From positions 32,001 through 96,000 of the forward strand of contig CAVXXK010000007.1 in assembly GCA_963765675.1 (NCBI GenBank): 64,000 nt of DNA, read 5' to 3'. This stretch comes from an uncultured delta proteobacterium (GTDB lineage Bacteria; Desulfobacterota; Binatia; Binatales; Binataceae). This document shows, piece by piece, positions 60,103-64,000 of this stretch. Every line of letters begins with the position of its first letter. The first letter of the stretch is position 1. The notes beneath the pieces were generated by a model. The model was not told the DNA's origin and made no database searches. It worked only from the letters and a program-made list of their open reading frames with translations. The position numbers and the translations under genes are program-made.

Positions 60103-62682
60103 TTACGCCGTCAGCCGGCGCACCAACGCTTCGCCAATCAGGATGATCATCGCCGCGATGATTATAAACGGACTGAGCGATTTGCGCCGCTCCAGGTTCG
60201 GCCGGCCGAGACCCACCGCGGAAACGTCAGGATTCAAGCGGCCACCAGTTGCCGACGCCAGCCGCTCGAGCAGCCCATAGTTCGGCGCGGGACGCGGAAC
60301 CTCGGCTAGCACCGCGGGGCTAACCGTATAAGCAAGTGGAGGGAAGGTCTGCGACTTGTCGCCGGGCGCGCGCACGCTGATGTTGTAGGTCCCCGGCGCG
60401 GGCGCGTCGATCGAGCCGGAGAATTCTCCCGGCACCTGTTCTGAAAGCGCGGTCTCGACGTGAGTGCCGTCCGGCCGCGTGACGATAGTCGTCAGCAGGC
60501 TCGGGCTCTTGCCGGTCTCGTCGGAATAATCGTTGAGTCGAATATTTATCCTGCTGCCCTGGTAGCCAAGCTCGACGTCGAATTTCTGCTCACCGGTCGT
60601 GCTCTCCGGCGTCATCCAGCCGAGCAGGCGGTCCCACACCGGCGAGAAAACGTTCGAGGTGATCCACGGCCCGGACCATCTTCCGCTCGCATCGGTAGTG
60701 ACGGCCAGGGTCTTGCCGGCGCCGTATTTCCAGCTCGCGATCAGCGGTTCCTTGTTCCCACTGCGATCGATATAGGCGCTCAAGTCGGCCCTCGGCTTGA
60801 TCTCGGTCGAGACGTAGCCCTTGATCGCGGGCAACTGCCGCCCGGCCAGGTCTTTCAGCACCGGGTCGGGGTTCACCGTGTGAGGCTTGAAGCTCGATTC
60901 CTGCATCGTGATTTCGCCGCCGTGAGTGCGGACGTCCTGAACGAACAGCTCGGGCAGGTTCTTCGGGCTGTCGGTCTGATACGAGGCGCCGCCGCCGAAT
61001 TTGCTGATCGAATCGAGCAGAGTGAGATTGGCTTCGTTTCCAATCGCGATCGTTGAGATGGTAGCGCCGCCCTCGCGATGCATCCGCGAGACAAGGTCGT
61101 AATACATCGCCGGCGTGCCGCCGGTTTCGCCGTCGGTCAGGATCACGACGTGCTGAATTTGCGCGCCGCTGCCGGCCAGCATCCGCTCCGCCTCCTGCAA
61201 CGCGGGCAGCAGATAGGTGGTGCCGTGCGCGACCAGCCGATCGATCATCTGGTTCATATACGGACGGCTCTTCGCCAGCGGCTGCAGCGGCACGACCACG
61301 AATGGCTGCGAATCGAAGCCAATCACGCTCACCAGATCGGTGTTCTTGAGGGTCTCGGTGACAGTCTCGGCGGCGGCTTTCGCGTACTTGAGCTTGTCGT
61401 TGCGGCCCATCGAGCCGGACTTGTCGATGATCAACACCAATGCGCGCGTGCGCTCCTTATGCTCCGGCGGCTTCATGATCACCGGCATCGCTTTGGCGAG
61501 CGGACTCGATTGCCATCCGCCAAGGCCGAAACTCGAATCGCCGCCGACCATCGCGAGCGAGCCGCCCTTCTCGACGTAGGAAACCAGCGCGTCCTGGTCG
61601 GCGGGCGCGATCCGGCTCGCAGGAACGTTGTCCAAAAAAACCGCGTCGAAGCCGGAGAGCTTGCCGTTCCACTCGCCCAAGGTTATCGGAACGACGGTCG
61701 GCTCGAAGCCGCGGCGCTCGGCGACGGTCTGGAGATAGTTCGCGTCTTGCGCGCGGTCGGTCAGGATCAAAACCTTGCGCCGCGCACCCACGCCAACCCA
61801 TCCCTTGAGCGAATCGTCTTCGAGATATTGATCGATCTTCGGATTGTCGGCCTTGAACGACGCCGAGTATGAAGCGAGTCCCGCCGCCTCGTTGCGGACC
61901 GGAAAATCGAAACGCTGGGAACCATGGGGCAGGCTGACGCGCCGCTTGTCGAGGAGAGTGGCGTCGCGATAAACGGAGATCGTTCCCGTGGCGGGCGCGT
62001 CGTTCAAGTTTTCCATCGTGACGCCGAGCTCGAATGGCTCCGCTTTTTCGAGCGCGGGCGGCAGCGACAGCTCGGTCATCGTGACGTTGGGAATCGAAGT
62101 GGCGCCGGGGGGAGTGAAGATATCGAGCCGGATTCGCGCCGCGACGATCGAACCGATCGCGCGGGTCGAGTCGCCGCGATTTTCCCATCCGTCGGTCACC
62201 AGCACCGCCGGTCCGCCCTGCGCGGCCGGGTCCGCCGCGATTCGCATCAGCGCGGTTTCGAGATTGGTCGCGTCAGGCGCGCACGAGCCGCAGGCGGCGC
62301 CGGAAGCGAGCGTGCTGTCGATCGCGCCGATCGTGCTTGAGTCGGTCGAGCCCGCGAAGATCAGCGCGGGATCACTCGGGCGCAGTTTCAACTGATCCTT
62401 GAGCAGCCGCGCGGTCCACGCGCGCATCGCGGGCGTGATACTCGCCGAGGCATCGACGATCGCCGGGCGCGCCGCGCCCTCGAAGCGCATGACGGTCTGC
62501 GGGTTCGCCAGCGCGAGGATGAACAGCCCGAGCGCGAGCGCGCGCATGATCGGCGCCCAGATTTTCTTCCACTCGCGCGCATTGACCAGCGACCACGCCA
62601 GCACCAGCCCGACGATAGCGAGCAGGTAGAGCGCGTCGGGCCTCGAAAGCGAAATCTCGGCGATCGACTTTAGCGGCGGCAT
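60103..62682 (-). CDS. Membrane protein with two vWA domains and a GATase-like domain (paralog of 21944-24529)
   Basis: VDASAS..TNL..VTDG; GGDSSFGLGG; IDKSGSM..LTDG; WKYGAGK; LASATGG; EALVRR. Confidence 0.9.
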   Translation of the reverse strand: MPPLKSIAEISLSRPDALYLLAIVGLVLAWSLVNAREWKKIWAPIMRALALGLFILALANPQTVMRFEGAARPAIVDASASITPAMRAWTARLLKDQLKLRPSDPALIFAGSTDSSTIGAIDSTLASGAACGSCAPDATNLETALMRIAADPAAQGGPAVLVTDGWENRGDSTRAIGSIVAARIRLDIFTPPGATSIPNVTMTELSLPPALEKAEPFELGVTMENLNDAPATGTISVYRDATLLDKRRVSLPHGSQRFDFPVRNEAAGLASYSASFKADNPKIDQYLEDDSLKGWVGVGARRKVLILTDRAQDANYLQTVAERRGFEPTVVPITLGEWNGKLSGFDAVFLDNVPASRIAPADQDALVSYVEKGGSLAMVGGDSSFGLGGWQSSPLAKAMPVIMKPPEHKERTRALVLIIDKSGSMGRNDKLKYAKAAAETVTETLKNTDLVSVIGFDSQPFVVVPLQPLAKSRPYMNQMIDRLVAHGTTYLLPALQEAERMLAGSGAQIQHVVILTDGETGGTPAMYYDLVSRMHREGGATISTIAIGNEANLTLLDSISKFGGGASYQTDSPKNLPELFVQDVRTHGGEITMQESSFKPHTVNPDPVLKDLAGRQLPAIKGYVSTEIKPRADLSAYIDRSGNKEPLIASWKYGAGKTLAVTTDASGRWSGPWITSNVFSPVWDRLLGWMTPESTTGEQKFDVELGYQGSRINIRLNDYSDETGKSPSLLTTIVTRPDGTHVETALSEQVPGEFSGSIDAPAPGTYNISVRAPGDKSQTFPPLAYTVSPAVLAEVPRPAPNYGLLERLASATGGRLNPDVSAVGLGRPNLERRKSLSPFIIIAAMIILIGEALVRRLTA

Positions 62683-62685
62683 CGC

Positions 62686-64000
62686 CTACGCCTGCGCCAT
62701 TACGTTGCGACGCCTGCGATACACGATAATCGCCTCGAGCGCGCCGAGTGCGATAATCGCGAGCAGCAGCCAGGGACTGAGCGACGACTTTTCCAGGAAC
62801 GATTCGCTCGAAGCCGGCGTCGCGGCTGCGATCTCGACGCGGATCGGCGGCACGTTTTCGAGATCCGACACCGAAAGGTCGTCAAGGTTGACCGCACGCG
62901 GAATCGGCGCGACGCCCGCGCCGGAGAGTTCGTAGATTCCCTGCGCATCGACCTCGGTGAACAGCGTTCCCGGTGTCGCCTTCATCTTCTTCCCGGAAGG
63001 AAGCGTAACGCGCGTGACGCCGGCCGGGACCAGCCATGGCTGCCCGGTGCGGTAACTGCCCGCGTTCGCGCCGAGTCCCGCAAGATAGCTCAGCAGGTTG
63101 AGCGTCAGGATCGACATCGGCAGATTTTTCTTTCCGAGATACGGAAATGGGTTGAAGCCGGTGGCAACGAATCGATGCCCGTCGCGCTCGCCGCGCAAGA
63201 TCAGTCCTCCGCCCTGTCCGCTGACGACGGCGGTCATCCACGGATGCTGCCCGAAGAATTCGCCGCTGCGCAGGTTGAGCATCCTGAAGTTCACCGAGTC
63301 GGTGAGCGCGTCGGTGTTGTGCCACTGATCGATCTCGATGTTCGCCGTGGGTGCGACCGTGAAGCCGAACGCCGGATCCGGCGGCGGCATCACCATCAGG
63401 GTGTTCACCGGCGGGATTTGCTTGGGCGTCGAGTACTCGAAAATCGCGACGTCGGCCTTGGCCAGGTCCTCAGGCGCGAACTTGTCGGGTGCTACGACGG
63501 TGACCTGCGCGCCCGGAATCGCGCCGAGGCCTGCTGCGTCGGCAGGGACCGGCGTAATGAACAGAATCGAGACAGCGCGCACCGCTCCGCTGGTCGCGTA
63601 GGCGACGTTGTCGAGCGCGAACGAATCGGCGGGCGTTAACTCAGCGCGATAAACCTGCGCCGGCGCGAGCGAGGGAAATTCCAGCGCTCCGGTCTCCCCG
63701 GCCGCTAGAGATTCGTGGGCGCTCGCCAGATGGCGCCCGTCGCCGGTCAACGTGACGGTGATATCGGACGGATTCGGGCCGAAGTTCGAGACGCTGATTC
63801 GCGCGTGCAGCGTATCGACGCCGAACACCTCGCGCCGGAGCGTGAACGAGCTGAGCGCGAGGTTCGGCGCGGGGTCGCCGGTGACGATCGCGTGGATCGC
63901 CGTCGGAACCGGCGCTGCGATCGCGCGGAAGCTCGCGAAGATCACTTTCTTGAAAAGTCCGCCCGCAGCCAGGTCGGTCAACGACGCGGTGATTGCCGCG
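62686..64000 (-). CDS. C-terminal part of BatA/vWA-type membrane protein (5' end outside window)
   Basis: NLAL..V.NFG, DSFALDN, AVN, C-terminal TM LSPWLL..ALEA; similar layout to 20070-21951. Confidence 0.8.
   Translation of the reverse strand, partial: AAITASLTDLAAGGLFKKVIFASFRAIAAPVPTAIHAIVTGDPAPNLALSSFTLRREVFGVDTLHARISVSNFGPNPSDITVTLTGDGRHLASAHESLAAGETGALEFPSLAPAQVYRAELTPADSFALDNVAYATSGAVRAVSILFITPVPADAAGLGAIPGAQVTVVAPDKFAPEDLAKADVAIFEYSTPKQIPPVNTLMVMPPPDPAFGFTVAPTANIEIDQWHNTDALTDSVNFRMLNLRSGEFFGQHPWMTAVVSGQGGGLILRGERDGHRFVATGFNPFPYLGKKNLPMSILTLNLLSYLAGLGANAGSYRTGQPWLVPAGVTRVTLPSGKKMKATPGTLFTEVDAQGIYELSGAGVAPIPRAVNLDDLSVSDLENVPPIRVEIAAATPASSESFLEKSSLSPWLLLAIIALGALEAIIVYRRRRNVMAQA

Overview
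GC-rich bacterial chromosomal window. Gene content (DUF1329, stand-alone excisionase-like HTH, double-zinc-ribbon adenylate cyclase, many SDR/acyl-CoA enzymes) resembles Candidatus Binatota or deltaproteobacteria-like soil bacteria; this is an inference only. It holds about 50 genes, mostly metabolic or housekeeping. Main items: (i) the start of a FAAL + ACP-KS type I PKS cluster running off the left edge; (ii) a complete MoxR/DUF58/BatA-vWA/vWA operon and part of a second paralogous one at the right edge; (iii) a small defence-like island with an Mrr-type restriction endonuclease split by an IS3-family element, a PLD-nuclease gene and no methyltransferase; (iv) a RAYT transposase flanked by four REPs in a BIME-like arrangement, plus two other palindromic repeat families; (v) an AT-richer island at about 50.1-52.6 kb with a lipoprotein trypsin-like protease, a wHTH-like protein, a candidate sRNA and gene remnants. 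Unusual proteins include a circularly permuted alkaline-phosphatase-superfamily enzyme, a DUF1329 protein with a CxxCH motif and an exported PPOX-fold protein. Three genes carry single frameshifts (errors or young pseudogenes). I saw no CRISPR array, rRNA or tRNA.
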